Below, one piece after another: positions 50,222-64,000 of a stretch of DNA of 64,000 nucleotides. The translations under genes were made by a program, and so were the position numbers. The notes beneath the pieces are model-generated. The model ran no database searches and was not told the DNA's origin. It worked only from the letters and a program-made list of their open reading frames with translations. This stretch comes from Eledone cirrhosa (taxonomy: Eukaryota). Numbering within the stretch: position 1 is the first letter of the stretch; each line of letters starts with the position of its first letter. The stretch is from positions 268,956,001-269,020,000 of the forward strand of contig OZ024743.1 in the NCBI GenBank assembly GCA_964016885.1, given 5' to 3'.

Positions 50222-50272
50222 GAGCTTCCGGATGATTTCTCAGGAATGAAACAGTTTTAGTCTTGTAGAAGC
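50222..50272 (+). ncRNA. Hammerhead (family A) with core mutation CGGAUGA, within fold-back element 50198-50356
   Basis: GAGCUUC-CGGAUGA-UUUCUCAGGAAU-GAAA-CAG..UUG-UA-GAAGC; homologous to 55407-55459. Confidence 0.7.
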
Positions 50273-50352
50273 CTTTCTATATTAAAACATTTATAGTTTG
50301 CTATGTATTGAGTACCTTACTTACTGTGGTTACCCCCGAATGAACCCGGAAT

Positions 50353-50407
<55 letters not shown>

Positions 50408-50480
50408 ATGCATACATATATACTTGTATAAACATACATAGATATCATATACATATATTTATATACATATAATATACATT

Positions 50481-50515
<35 letters not shown>

Positions 50516-50762
50516 TCACACATAGATGAAGATACATGAATGTGTGTATTCATTGTTATTAAATAATATGCACTTTATATATAAATACATACATACATTT
50601 ATATACACATACACACATATATATATAAAATTACTGTTCATGTTCAACCAATTAAATCATTTAGTAGCGAATATTATACATCTATTTCTAAAACTATATT
50701 TATATATCTACGGTTATACACTAACCCATCTATTAAGTGCCTGTATATTATACATGTAGGTA

Positions 50763-50840
<78 letters not shown>

Positions 50841-50879
50841 TATATATATATATATGTATGGATATTTATATATATATAT

Positions 50880-51317
50880 ATATTATATATTTATGTATAT
50901 ATATATATATAATATATTTATGTATATATATATATACAATATATTTATGTATATATATATATATAATATATTTATGTATATATATATATATAATATATTT
51001 ATGTATATATATATGTTCATGTATATATACAATATATTCATGTATATATATAATATATTTATGTATATATATATATATAATATACTTATGTATATATATA
51101 ATGATATGTATATATATATGTATACATATATTTATATATAATATATTTATGTATATATATATATATTTATATATAATATATGTATAGTATATTTATATAT
51201 AATATATATGTATATAATATATTTATATATAATATATATAAATATATATAGAATATATTTATATATAATATATATATATATAGAATATATTTATATATAA
51301 TAATATATATAGAATAC

Positions 51318-51352
<35 letters not shown>

Positions 51353-52075
51353 ATATTTATACATTATATATATATAGAGAATATATTTATATATTATATA
51401 TATATATATATAGATATATTTATATAAAATATATTTATATATAATATATATTTAGAATATATTTATATATATTATATATAGAATATATTCATACATAATA
51501 TATATATAGAATATATTCATACATAATATATATATACAATATATTCATACATAATATATATATAGAATATATTCATACATATATATATATAGAATATATT
51601 TATATATAATATATATATATAGAATATATTCATACATAATATATATATAGAATATATTTATATATAATATATATATATAATATATTTATATATAATATAT
51701 ATATAGAATATATTCATACATAATATATATATATAGAATATATTTATATATAATATATATATATAATATATTTATATATAATATATATATAGAATATATT
51801 CATACATAATATATATATATAGAATATATTTATATATAATATATATATATAATATATTTATATATAATATATATATAGAATATATTCATACATAATATAT
51901 ATATATAGAATATATTTATATATAATATATATATATAATATATTTATATATAATTTATATATAGAATTTATTTATATATAATTTATATATAGAATTTATT
52001 TATATATATATATATAGAATTTATTTATATATATATATAGAATATATATTTATATAGAATATATATTTATATAGA

Positions 52076-52106
<31 letters not shown>

Positions 52107-52200
52107 ATATTTATAGAATATATATATATATAATATATTTATATATAATATATATATATATATATAATATATATATATACAATGTATATATATATAATAT
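50880..52200. repeat. AT-rich minisatellite (AGAATATATTYATAYATAATATATATAT-type units)
   Basis: Recurrent ~22-26-bp units derived from (TA)n. Confidence 0.85.
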
Positions 52201-52751
52201 ACACATATGTGTGTGTGTATGTATGTATGTGTACGCCTAGATATTATATATATATATATATATTTGTGTGTGCGTGTGGATATACATACAACTATTATGT
52301 TCTCAATACAATATAGCGACTTAAATTGGAGGTCCTATCTGAGGCATCATATCTACTCCGGGTGGGATGTCTTGTTTCATTTTATATCAGCACCCATTCC
52401 TCAATATCTCTAACTTGTCCACCTGCGTGGTGGTATGATATATACGATGTACATATCATACATACATATACATGTGTGTGTGTGTGCATATATATATATA
52501 TATGTATATACTAACATACAACATATTTTCTGGAAAATTGACTTTTACGGGACTAGTTCTGTTAGATATGGTGATAACATTATCAAAAGCCGCCTTCGAA
52601 TGATCCCATCACCGGATGAAACAAAGCTAGTCATGTAAATGTCACCGATATATATATATATAAAATTGAACGGGAACAAAACAGAGGCAGTACAACAAAT
52701 GTTTATTAATTTCACGCTCTTGAGAGTGGGGTCGTGGTATATATGTATATG

Positions 52752-52852
<101 letters not shown>

Positions 52853-53177
52853 ACATATAATATGTGTGTGTGTGTACATATAATATGTGTGTGTGTGTAT
52901 GTGAGTACGTGTGTTGTAAGATATGCTCAGCTAATGTTGAAATATTTTAAATAACCGGTCTTTAAAACATCCGCATGTGTGTGTATACACACACACACAC
53001 ACACACACACACATATGTATATGTATGTATATATATATATATATGTATAAATATATATGTCTATGTATATACATATATATATATAGGTGCAATTAAATTA
53101 GACATGCCCCGGGCCAATACTGGCCAAAACCTAACAAAGATATATATATATATAATATAATATATAATAATATATAT

Positions 53178-53265
<88 letters not shown>

Positions 53266-53727
53266 GCATATAAAATCAAAATGAAAAACGTCCCATTTGT
53301 CCACTACAAAATGACGCTTACATCATATACCGTTACAACAGAACTATTTCAGCTTGATCGGCCCTGCTCCCTTTAATATCATACGGAAGAAGATAGCTTA
53401 ACATTCAAATTATGAATAATGCCTTCAAGAAATTCCAGGGCGACCACCTCAACTCGCATATTTCGGCTAAAGACACCCTTACAGTGATTTATCTGATTTA
53501 TCTATATCTATCTATCTATTAAAGAAATATATCTATTTATCTATCTATCTATCTCACTATATATATATATATAATGTCACGAATTCAATCGGGGGTAACC
53601 ACAGTGAGTAAGGCACTCAATATATTAGTACAGTGTATACAACAAATTTAATGTAGAAATGGCTTCTACGGGACTAGAACTGTTTCAATCGAAGGAAATC
53701 ATCATTGTGTGTGTGTGTGTGTGTATA

Positions 53728-54016
53728 TAATATTATTCAAAATATTAATAAATGTGAAATATCACAACCAAAGGTCTTGAAAGACCATAGTGGTATGTCG
53801 CATATCCAGTCTCTTATATATTTTATCTGATGAAAACGTACTGAAACACCATTGTACCTTTGAAATATGTATAATAAAATATATATTTTGGTTATGATAA
53901 TATTTCTCATTTATTAATATTTTGAATAATATTATAGATACTGCAGATAAAAATTGTCGAGTGCTTCTAATCTATTGTAAAATTGAATAATCAACGAATC
54001 ATATAAACTTTTGGTC

Positions 54017-54018
<2 letters not shown>
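53728..54018 (+). mobile_element. Family D element with partial inverted arm and hammerhead
   Basis: 53728-53772 is inverted relative to 53888-53935; HHR 53815-53885. Confidence 0.7.
53815..53885 (+). ncRNA. Type I hammerhead ribozyme (family D)
   Basis: UAUAUAUUUUAU-CUGAUGA-AAA C GUAC...GUAC C UUU-GAAA-UAUGUA-UA-AUAAAAUAUAUA: 12-bp stem I, intact core, quasi-palindromic stem III, AUA site. Confidence 0.75.
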
Positions 54019-54086
<68 letters not shown>

Positions 54087-54414
54087 TTATACACACACAC
54101 ACCTATATATATATATAAGTGCGTTAGTATATAGTCGTATTTGTCTATTTCCTGGTGGAAGACGTACACAGGATGATAAAATCATTTGGTGACATTTGTT
54201 GACAGAAGTAGCTAAAATATTTTTGCGTATATGTGTATGTATGTCTATATACATCATCATCGGAGTCATTCTTTTACCCCACCTTTCCTTGCAGGTTATA
54301 TATATATATGTGTGTGTGTGTGTATATATATAATAATTTTATGCGATATACTTATCGCACTCTCTATCTCTCTCATTACACATACACACACACACACATA
54401 TATATATATATATG

Positions 54415-54517
<103 letters not shown>

Positions 54518-54624
54518 AAATATATATGTATATATATTTATGTGTGTGTGTAAATATATATGTATATGTATATATGTGTGTGTGTGTAATGAGATATATA
54601 TATATATTCATTAATAAATGTATG

Positions 54625-54684
<60 letters not shown>

Positions 54685-54717
54685 TATATATATAGATAGA
54701 TATGTTTATATATATGT

Positions 54718-54778
<61 letters not shown>

Positions 54779-54819
54779 CACGCATATATAGATAGATATG
54801 TTTATTTGTGTGTTTATGT

Positions 54820-54873
<54 letters not shown>

Positions 54874-55241
54874 GCATATACAGATAGATATGTTTATTTG
54901 TGTGTTTATATGTGTTTATATATATATATATATATATATTTATACTTATATGTATATATTTATATACATATATAGATACACATATATAGATACACATATA
55001 TATATATATACACACGCACACACATATATATATATGTAGAAACACACACACACACATATATATTGAATAACAATACCGACAGCTTCTATCTGACTATCCC
55101 AATGTTTTCAACACTCATGTTGAAGTCATTTCTCTAGCAAATAAAACAAATAAAGAGGGCCCCATACTCTAGTAACGTATTGTGTACCTTTGTTTAACTG
55201 TAGTCACCCCTCTATACCAATCAGGAATGGACACATGGTTT

Positions 55242-55310
<69 letters not shown>

Positions 55311-55406
55311 AAGATAAGTTATTCCGGGTTGAATCGGAGGTAACCACAGTATGTCAGTAAGTAAGGTACTCAATACATAGCAGAGTATAAATGTTTTAAT
55401 ATAGAA

Positions 55407-55459
55407 GAGCTTCTACAGGACTAGAACTGTTTCATTCGTGAGAAATCATCAGGAAGCTC
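55407..55459 (-). ncRNA. Type I hammerhead ribozyme (family A)
   Basis: GAGCUUC-CUGAUGA-U UUC UCAC GAA U-GAAA-CAG UUCUAGUC CUG-UA-GAAGCUC: 7-bp stem I, intact core, GUA site; U.U at the base of stem II. Confidence 0.82.
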
Positions 55460-55652
55460 ATATATATTTATATATATATATATATATATATATTTGAAAT
55501 AAGAGTGTGGTGCAACTCAAATTATCACAATGCAATAATGATTCATTATTAATAATTGAGAACATCGAGTATATATATATATATGTATACACACACGCAT
55601 ATATATGTGTATATATATAGAGAGAGAGATAAATTATATATAATTACATGAT

Positions 55653-55706
<54 letters not shown>

Positions 55707-55791
55707 GCACTGTTCATTTTCCTGACGTTTGTACATTACTCTATGTACTATACATACACTTTTTGATGAGTACTGAGCACTGTACAATATT

Positions 55792-55850
<59 letters not shown>

Positions 55851-56544
55851 AACACACACACACCCATTCATATATACGTACACATATATATATATGTATG
55901 TATCACATTGTACATATTATAAATATATATAATATATCTATAATATATATAAATTATGCATATTACATGACATATTATATACAAACACATACGTATATAT
56001 ATATAATACAAACATATGAAAAGAGCCAGGACGCCCTGACTCTTTTCCTATTACTCACTCTACTACCCCAAGTATTGAGTACTCTGCTGCATTATGGGCC
56101 AACTGGTATCTTACCACACCCTTTTGCTATATACAAACATATATATGTATGTGTATGTTTGTGTGGCTATGTTTCACGTTGATTAGAACTAGATCGATAA
56201 ATAATTTACCATATTATACAAAAATATATGCCGGGGTGGATGAGACCAACAGAAACCCTTGAAGATGTCGCCGCGGTATGGCTGTAGTTTAATGACTAAA
56301 ACCAATAAATATATAATATAATATAATACACACACACACACATACACACATATACATACATATAATATATACAGTGAGATAAGAATATATGTTCATTGAA
56401 TTTCAATGTTATATGTACTATGGTATGATAAACACCTCTTTTGATGTGTATCTATGTTTATATATATATTTATACACATGCATATATTCATATACATGTT
56501 TACACACACACACACACACACAGATGTATATACATATATATATG

Positions 56545-56581
<37 letters not shown>

Positions 56582-56633
56582 ATATAAAATATTTTTTATT
56601 AATTAGGAAAATGAACTGTTGATGAAATAAAAA

Positions 56634-56730
<97 letters not shown>

Positions 56731-56765
56731 CATTTTTTATTTCATCAACAGTTCATTTTATATAT

Positions 56766-56804
<39 letters not shown>

Positions 56805-57070
56805 CATTTTTTATTTCATCAACAGTTCATTTTCCTAATTAATAAAAAATATTTTATATAACATATGTCACCGTGCTTTACTAACCTTATGATATTTATT
56901 AAGAAATTCAACCGTATCATCATCATTATCATCGTTTAACGTCTATCTTCCACGCTAGCATGGGTTAGACGGGAGTTGTCCCAATTTGAGGCAAGGTTGG
57001 TCGGGTGACCGTGTCTCGCTCGTATAGGACTATCTGGCAGGTTTACTACGGCTGGATGCCCTTCCTAACA

Positions 57071-57154
<84 letters not shown>

Positions 57155-57158
<4 letters not shown>

Positions 57159-57313
57159 ATAGTAATAAATTTGAAGACTAAAATCCAAAGAGGGCTCGAT
57201 AAGGATAAATATATATCAAATATATAAGAACAGTAGAGCAAATATTTAGTTAGTTTCAGTAGATCCCGTTAAGGGTGAAAGCAGCGATTCTTTGCTTAAA
57301 CTTTAATCTGTTA

Positions 57314-57322
<9 letters not shown>
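57155..57322. mobile_element. PLE mini-remnant: tail (minus) fused to pLTR end (plus)
   Basis: 57155-57247 matches 1878-1968; 57249-57322 matches 4988-5062; (TA)n flanks. Confidence 0.85.
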
Positions 57323-57372
<50 letters not shown>

Positions 57373-57507
57373 TCTTATTCATAAGATGTTAGTAAGCGAG
57401 ACCAGTAGGACCATTTATTCTTCTTAGTAATCCAATACTTTAAAAAATCTGTAAACCCTTCCGTTTATCCTAAAGCGTTTTGTTTCTAGAGTAAGAATTC
57501 TGTACTC

Positions 57508-57545
<38 letters not shown>

Positions 57546-57886
57546 GCCTAAATATTCATGGAAATATTACATATTTGTATATATATATGGAAAAATAATA
57601 TTTATATATTTGTATATACATACATATATATATATATATATGTATGTATGTGTGTGTGTGTATGTATACACATACACACACACTATGTTTGGACCTCAGT
57701 GAAACAGATACCATACCTAAAAAAAGAAAGCGCGGAATGAAATCAGGATATGCATCAGGCTGTCTGCAAAAAGAGAAGAAACGTGCCTAAAATGTATCGT
57801 CCAGCCGATGACAACTTTTCCAATGTGCGTATATGTACAAGTTTGAGAAAATGTATGTGTACATGTGTGCGTGCATACTATATCTT

Positions 57887-57947
<61 letters not shown>

Positions 57948-58148
57948 AAAAAGTATGACCCCGACGGCAGAGCTCAAGCCGTTTCGACGGCTATTTCTGG
58001 AGTAAATTAGAATTTTTAGCCTGGTGAATAAATCTATATATATATGTATGTATGTATATTACAGACACGTACTCACATATATATATATATATAATGGAAA
58101 AAACGACGAAGTTTCGTTTATATATGAAAAATATTTATTGCGTATCGA

Positions 58149-58238
58149 CCTGTTACGCGCGTTTCGCAGAAGATTGGCTCAAGGTGACCCATAGGAGTTA
58201 TGGACCCAACTCCAGTATTGATCTGCTACTTAGACTGG
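58149..58238 (-). ncRNA. Degenerate hammerhead with long stem II insertion
   Basis: CCAGU-CUAAGUA-GCAGA...UCUGC-GAAA-CGCGCG-UA-ACAGG; palindromic stem III ACGCGCGU; core diverged. Confidence 0.45.
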
Positions 58239-58258
58239 TGATGGGACAAAAGATATGT

Positions 58259-58313
<55 letters not shown>

Positions 58314-58843
58314 GTATATATATATAGTTTATTGGTGTGATCTTGAAGTTACTTTTGATTCACCAGTTTGAGCACTCGATGTTTAAGTGGATCCGGTTGT
58401 CGATGAGGTATTACACTTTTTGGTTTTACACCGTAGTCGGTATCCTTAATAAGCAGAGTGTTTATAATAATTGTTTCTACTTTTGGCACAAGGCCAGCAA
58501 ATACCCAGTACATTACTGGTACTTTATTTTATCGACCCCGTAAGGATGAAAGGCAAAGTTAACCTCGGCGGGATTTGAACTTAGACCACAAAGAGCCGTA
58601 ACTCTTTGCTGCAAAGCATGGTGTCCGACTGACTCTCTACCGATACTGTCAATCCAATAATAATAATAATAATTGTTTCTACTTTTGGCACAAGGCCAGC
58701 AATAACCCAGTAGATTACTGGTACTTTATTTTATCGAGCCCGTAAGGATGAAAGGCAAAGTTCCTTTCTCATTATAAATATTATTATGATTACTATATAT
58801 ATATATATAGTAATCATATATAGTTTCCATTTATTAATATCAT

Positions 58844-58918
<75 letters not shown>

Positions 58919-59142
58919 CAACAGCTCCCAATTTATTGTTCATATAGGCGTTTCAATGAATACAGGGATATGTATGTGCGTGTTTGTTAGTGTGTATGTT
59001 ACTGACTGTAAAGAGAAAAGAAATTTGCTTGTGTAACACAAAATTACTTCAACAACTTTGGTTTAACAAGTTATTCTTTAAGTCAATTTCTTGTAATACT
59101 CACACATTTTATCTTGTGTGCGTGTGTCAGTTTGTATGTCTG

Positions 59143-59193
<51 letters not shown>

Positions 59194-59356
59194 ATGTGTG
59201 CACGTGCGTGTGTATGCCTGTTTATCCTCATCATCAACATTTAGAGTTCCCGCTAGCATGGGTTTGACGGGTCTATACTGAAGTGGGATCACTGATCTCA
59301 CAAACACGCGGTGAGTTCGCATCTCACTCACATCTAGTTCCGCCTTCTACCAAGTC

Positions 59357-59476
<120 letters not shown>

Positions 59477-59508
59477 TATATGTATATATTTATATGTATA
59501 TATATTTA

Positions 59509-59544
<36 letters not shown>

Positions 59545-59994
59545 CATCCCTGTGTATACATTTCAATTTATCCGCGCGTGCAATATATGTTGTATACACA
59601 CACATAGATTCATACATAAATACACATAAATACGCGCACATAGACCCATGCCATGCTCATGTATATATACACGCGTACAAAAAACACGTGCATACATTCA
59701 TAGATACATACAAACACATGCATACTTACATACACGCACGCACGCACGCACGCACGCACGCTCGCATAGATTCAACGTCTCTTGTGGTGTAGATAGAAAT
59801 TGCGTAGAACTGAGAAAAAGTTGCAACTAAAAAGTTGACTTGAAGAATTAGTTGCACAGAACCAATGGTTGATGGGAATGTAAACAGACTTTAGAACAAG
59901 CTACATGACTATGATATGACTGGTAAGATTTTACAATTTATAATTGCTACTTAAAATTTGTCGAATATCTCTCCCCCCCCCCCACCTCCCTTTC

Positions 59995-60088
<94 letters not shown>

Positions 60089-60113
60089 TACAATATTTTC
60101 TACACCTTTCATT

Positions 60114-60144
<31 letters not shown>

Positions 60145-61339
60145 ATTATGTATATATATGATATATAGAAGCCATTATATATATGATATATATTGTATAT
60201 ATATGATATATATTATATATATATATGATATATATTATATATATATTTGATTTATATATTATATATATATAATATATACTATATACATATGTATATGTTA
60301 TATATTATATATATATTTATATATTATATGTATATAATATGTTATATATTATATATATTTATATTATATATTGATATATATCATTTATATATATATTTAT
60401 ATATATATATATTATATACATATATATTTTTATATATATATTATATACATATATATAAAATATATATATTATATGTATACTATATACATATGTATATTAT
60501 ATATATATGTATATTATATACATACATATTACACATATATATAATATATATACATTATATGTATATGATATATATGATATATATTATATATCATATATAT
60601 ATATATATATATGATATATATTATATATATTATATATTATATATATATTATATATTATATTTTATATTTTATATATATATATATGATATATATAATATAT
60701 ATTATATATTATATATATGATATATATTATATATATAATATATAATATATATTATATATATGATATATATTATATATATATATATATTATATTTGATATT
60801 TTATATATATATATGATATACATTTATATATATATATATAATATATACACATACATATATATATAATATACTTGACATGTAATGGTTATCTTTTATCATT
60901 GCTTTGCAATTCCCACCTGAGTGAGCTCATAATCACCCACACACCCACACGTGAGTGCGCCTGTGTGTCTAATGTAATCATTACTGTTGGTGTTGTGGTT
61001 ATTATTATTATTATTATTATTATTATTTGTTGTTGTTGTTCCTCTCCCAAAATATGAACACTTAGACATTTATTCTGTGACACTTTGAATGTGTCACAGA
61101 AAGGGTCCCACACTCGAGTTCAATGGAGTGTGAAATAATTAATTTGGAATATACAAGTGTGGCAATACATAGTTATTCTCTGAATTTCTTTTACTAGTCT
61201 CTGTCATTTTACTGTGACTATTTTTAGTTACCGTTTCGAAACTTATGTTAGGTTAACATTTTTTTCTTTTCTTCATATTAAAAAAAAGGATAGCAATCTC
61301 TGCTGATTTTAAACTATATTTTGATAATATACCTATGTG

Positions 61340-61397
<58 letters not shown>

Positions 61398-61413
61398 AGG
61401 GCTAAATAGTGAG

Positions 61414-61463
61414 TCTTGTTACTTTGAAGTTTCGTCTGTTTACTACAGGGTCATCTGACGAGA
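61414..61463 (-). ncRNA. Degenerate hammerhead
   Basis: UCUCGU-CAGAUGA-CC CUGU AGUAA ACAG AC-GAAA-CUU CA AAG-UA-ACAAGA, between (TA)n tracts. Confidence 0.55.
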
Positions 61464-61567
61464 TATATTATATATATATTTTTATATGTATAATATATTT
61501 ATATTTATATATATATAGTATGTATACCTAGCACATTTGTCATGTGCACCCCTACACACACACACAC

Positions 61568-61633
<66 letters not shown>

Positions 61634-61667
61634 CAATTTTGTGTTATATGCATGTGTACATGTTATG

Positions 61668-61704
<37 letters not shown>

Positions 61705-61869
61705 ATATATTATATATGTATGTATATACATACATAAAAAATATATATATACATGTATGTATATATCAAAGTTATGCGTATATATATTGTTTATTTTCCC
61801 CAAGTTACTAACAACATACATTTATTACTGAATTATCTTCCTGTATTCCACCACCAATATCGTTTATAA

Positions 61870-62545
61870 TGGTTACAACTATACTAGTATTAGTTTTGAT
61901 AATGCTTTCCTCTACTATTAGTTTTGGTAATGTTCACATACGTATTATAACGTTTGATGATGCTTACATCTGTAGAATCCATTTTGATTATATTGACATC
62001 TGTTGAATGAATCATTAGAAAGTACAGATCTGTAATAATTATAATAGTTTCAAAATTTAGGCACATGGCCCTGGATTTGGGCAAGGGTAAGTCGATTGTA
62101 TCAACCCCAGTGCTTGACCAGTACTTTATTTTATCGACTCCGGAAGCATGAAAGGCAAAATGGACATCAGCGAGTTTTGAACTTAGAATGTAAAAAAGAT
62201 CAAACAAATGTTCAGAAGTATTTTGTCGGACGCTCTACCTATTCTGCCACCCAAATGTACTCATCTGTTCCAATTGTTATAATATTCAGTTCAGATATGT
62301 ATTAATAATGATGTTTATATTTATAGTACCTACCATTATAATGCTGACATCTGTTGTGAACAATTATCATTATTGGTGCATCTGTTGCACCTGCAATTAT
62401 AACGTTGACATCTGTTATAGCAACAATGATAGCGTTTTAATCTGTAGTACTAATAATGTTTACATCTGTTGAATTCATATAGATAATGTTGACGTCTGTG
62501 CCGTCTACCTTGATAAAGCTGACATCTGTAATATCTACCTACCAT
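61870..62545. repeat. Degenerate ~30-bp tandem repeat (GACATCTGT core) interrupted by a SINE
   Basis: ACATCTGT/AGATCTGT recurs at ~30-bp spacing. Confidence 0.6.
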
Positions 62546-62554
62546 TATTATGGT

Positions 62555-62933
62555 AGGGCGGTAGATTGGCAGTATCGGTAGAGGGTCGGACGCCATGCTT
62601 TCCAGCATAGTTACGTCCCTTTACGATCTGAGTTCAAATCCCGCCGAGGTTGACTTTGCCTTTCATCCTTACGGGGTCGATAAAATAAAGTACCAGTAAT
62701 GCACTGGGTAATTGCTGGCCTTGTGCCTAAAGTAGAAACAATTATTATGGATTGGCAGTATCGGTAGAGGGTTGGACGCCATGCTTTCCAGCATAGTTAC
62801 GTCCCTTTACGATCTGAGTTCAAATCCCGCCGAGGTTGACTTTGCCTTTCATCCTTACGGGGTCGATAAAATAAAGTACCAGTAATGCACTGGGTAATTG
62901 CTGGCCTTGTGCCTAAAGTAGAAACAATTATTA
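62555..62933 (+). mobile_element. Tandem dimer of tRNA-derived SINE with Nin/Deu-like core
   Basis: TGGCAGTATCGGTAGA...GAGTTCAAATCC...GCCTTTCATCCTTACGGGGTCGATAAAATAAAGTACCAG...AGAAACAATTATT x2; flanking direct repeat ATTATTATGGT. Confidence 0.88.
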
Positions 62934-63546
62934 TGGTGACACCTGATTAGGACTGTGGGTTGGCTGAATTAGTTATGGCACCTTTACATTCTGAGTTCAA
63001 TCTCGTTGAAATCAACTTTGCCTTTCATCCTTCTGGGATCGACAAAATCAAGTACCAGTCATGTACTGCATTCGTTATAACAGAATATCCCCAGCCCTAC
63101 ATATCGTTGGTTTTGTACTCAAAATAGAAACCATTATCTTGACGCCTGCAGTAACTATGTTATTATATTATTAGTTATTTCACAGTGGACCTAATAATGC
63201 TTTCTTTATTAACCACAAGGGTTGACATAAAGTATAACATTAAGGACAGCACAGGACGGTACAAATGGGCATTTCTGCATGTAAAGAAAAAACAATAACA
63301 AAATATGAAATAAAGGAAAATTCCCCTATAGGGGGGAGACTCCTGAGGGTCACTCGTGCAGAAAGCCATTAAAAAAAAAGCCACGGTAACCCTAACCACC
63401 TGGGCAAGTACCCTCTCCCAGTTTTCCACCTCCAATCTACAGTCGCATACTCAGAGCAGGTCCATTCACTGGGGCCATGCTTGCCTTTCTCACCCATCTT
63501 TCAACAAATTGCTGGGAAGGGAGCACTTCGCTCCGAAGTGAACCTA

Positions 63547-63915
63547 ATAATTGTTTCTACTGTTGGCACAAGGCCAACTATTATTCCAGTGTATTACTGG
63601 TACTTTATTAGGGCGGTGAATTGGAAGTATCGGTAGAGGGTCGGACGCCTTGCTTTGACGCATAGAGTTACGTCCCTTGCCATTCTGAGTTCAAATCCCG
63701 CCGAGGTTAACTTTGCCTTTCATCCTTACGTGGTCGATAAAATAAAGTACCAATAATGTACTGGGTAATTGCTGGCCTTGTGTCAATAGTAGAAACAATT
63801 ATTGGTACTTTATTTTATCGACCCCGTAAGGATGAAAGGCAAAGTTAACCTCGGCGGGATTTGAACTCAGACCATAAAGGGCCGTAACTCTTTTCTGCAA
63901 AGCATAGCATCCAAC
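63547..63915. mobile_element. SINE (+, 63610-63802) nested in a same-family SINE (-)
   Basis: 12-bp TSD TGGTACTTTATT at 63598-63609 and 63803-63814. Confidence 0.88.
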
Positions 63916-64000
63916 CAATGACGGCAAAAAATAGTGTTGAACTGGTTTGGGTCGAGGATTGGTATGTCATATATATCGGGATCAGAGGATATACGATCAA

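Overview
AT-rich, microsatellite-dense eukaryotic DNA. The SINE families and (TA)n load point to an octopod cephalopod, which is an inference. The only host gene I can support is the first coding exon of mastermind (Notch co-activator; 46699-46959, +), followed by a >17 kb first intron. The rest is mobile DNA: a near-intact 5'-truncated Penelope-like retroelement of Naiad type (RT + GIY-YIG) with further copies, RTE/RTE-X LINE remnants, two tail-to-tail Helitron derivatives, two tRNA-SINE families, MITEs and satellites. The main hidden signal is a dense population (>25 loci, roughly 8-10 sequence families) of 70-300 bp elements embedded in (TA)n. They carry complete, degenerate or half type-I hammerhead ribozymes and usually form asymmetric fold-back palindromes centred in or next to the ribozyme. 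Many share a GAGNNCTC motif in the unpaired 3' tail, which the hammerhead-less Naiad tail also has. All structures were folded and compared by eye; no searches were run.
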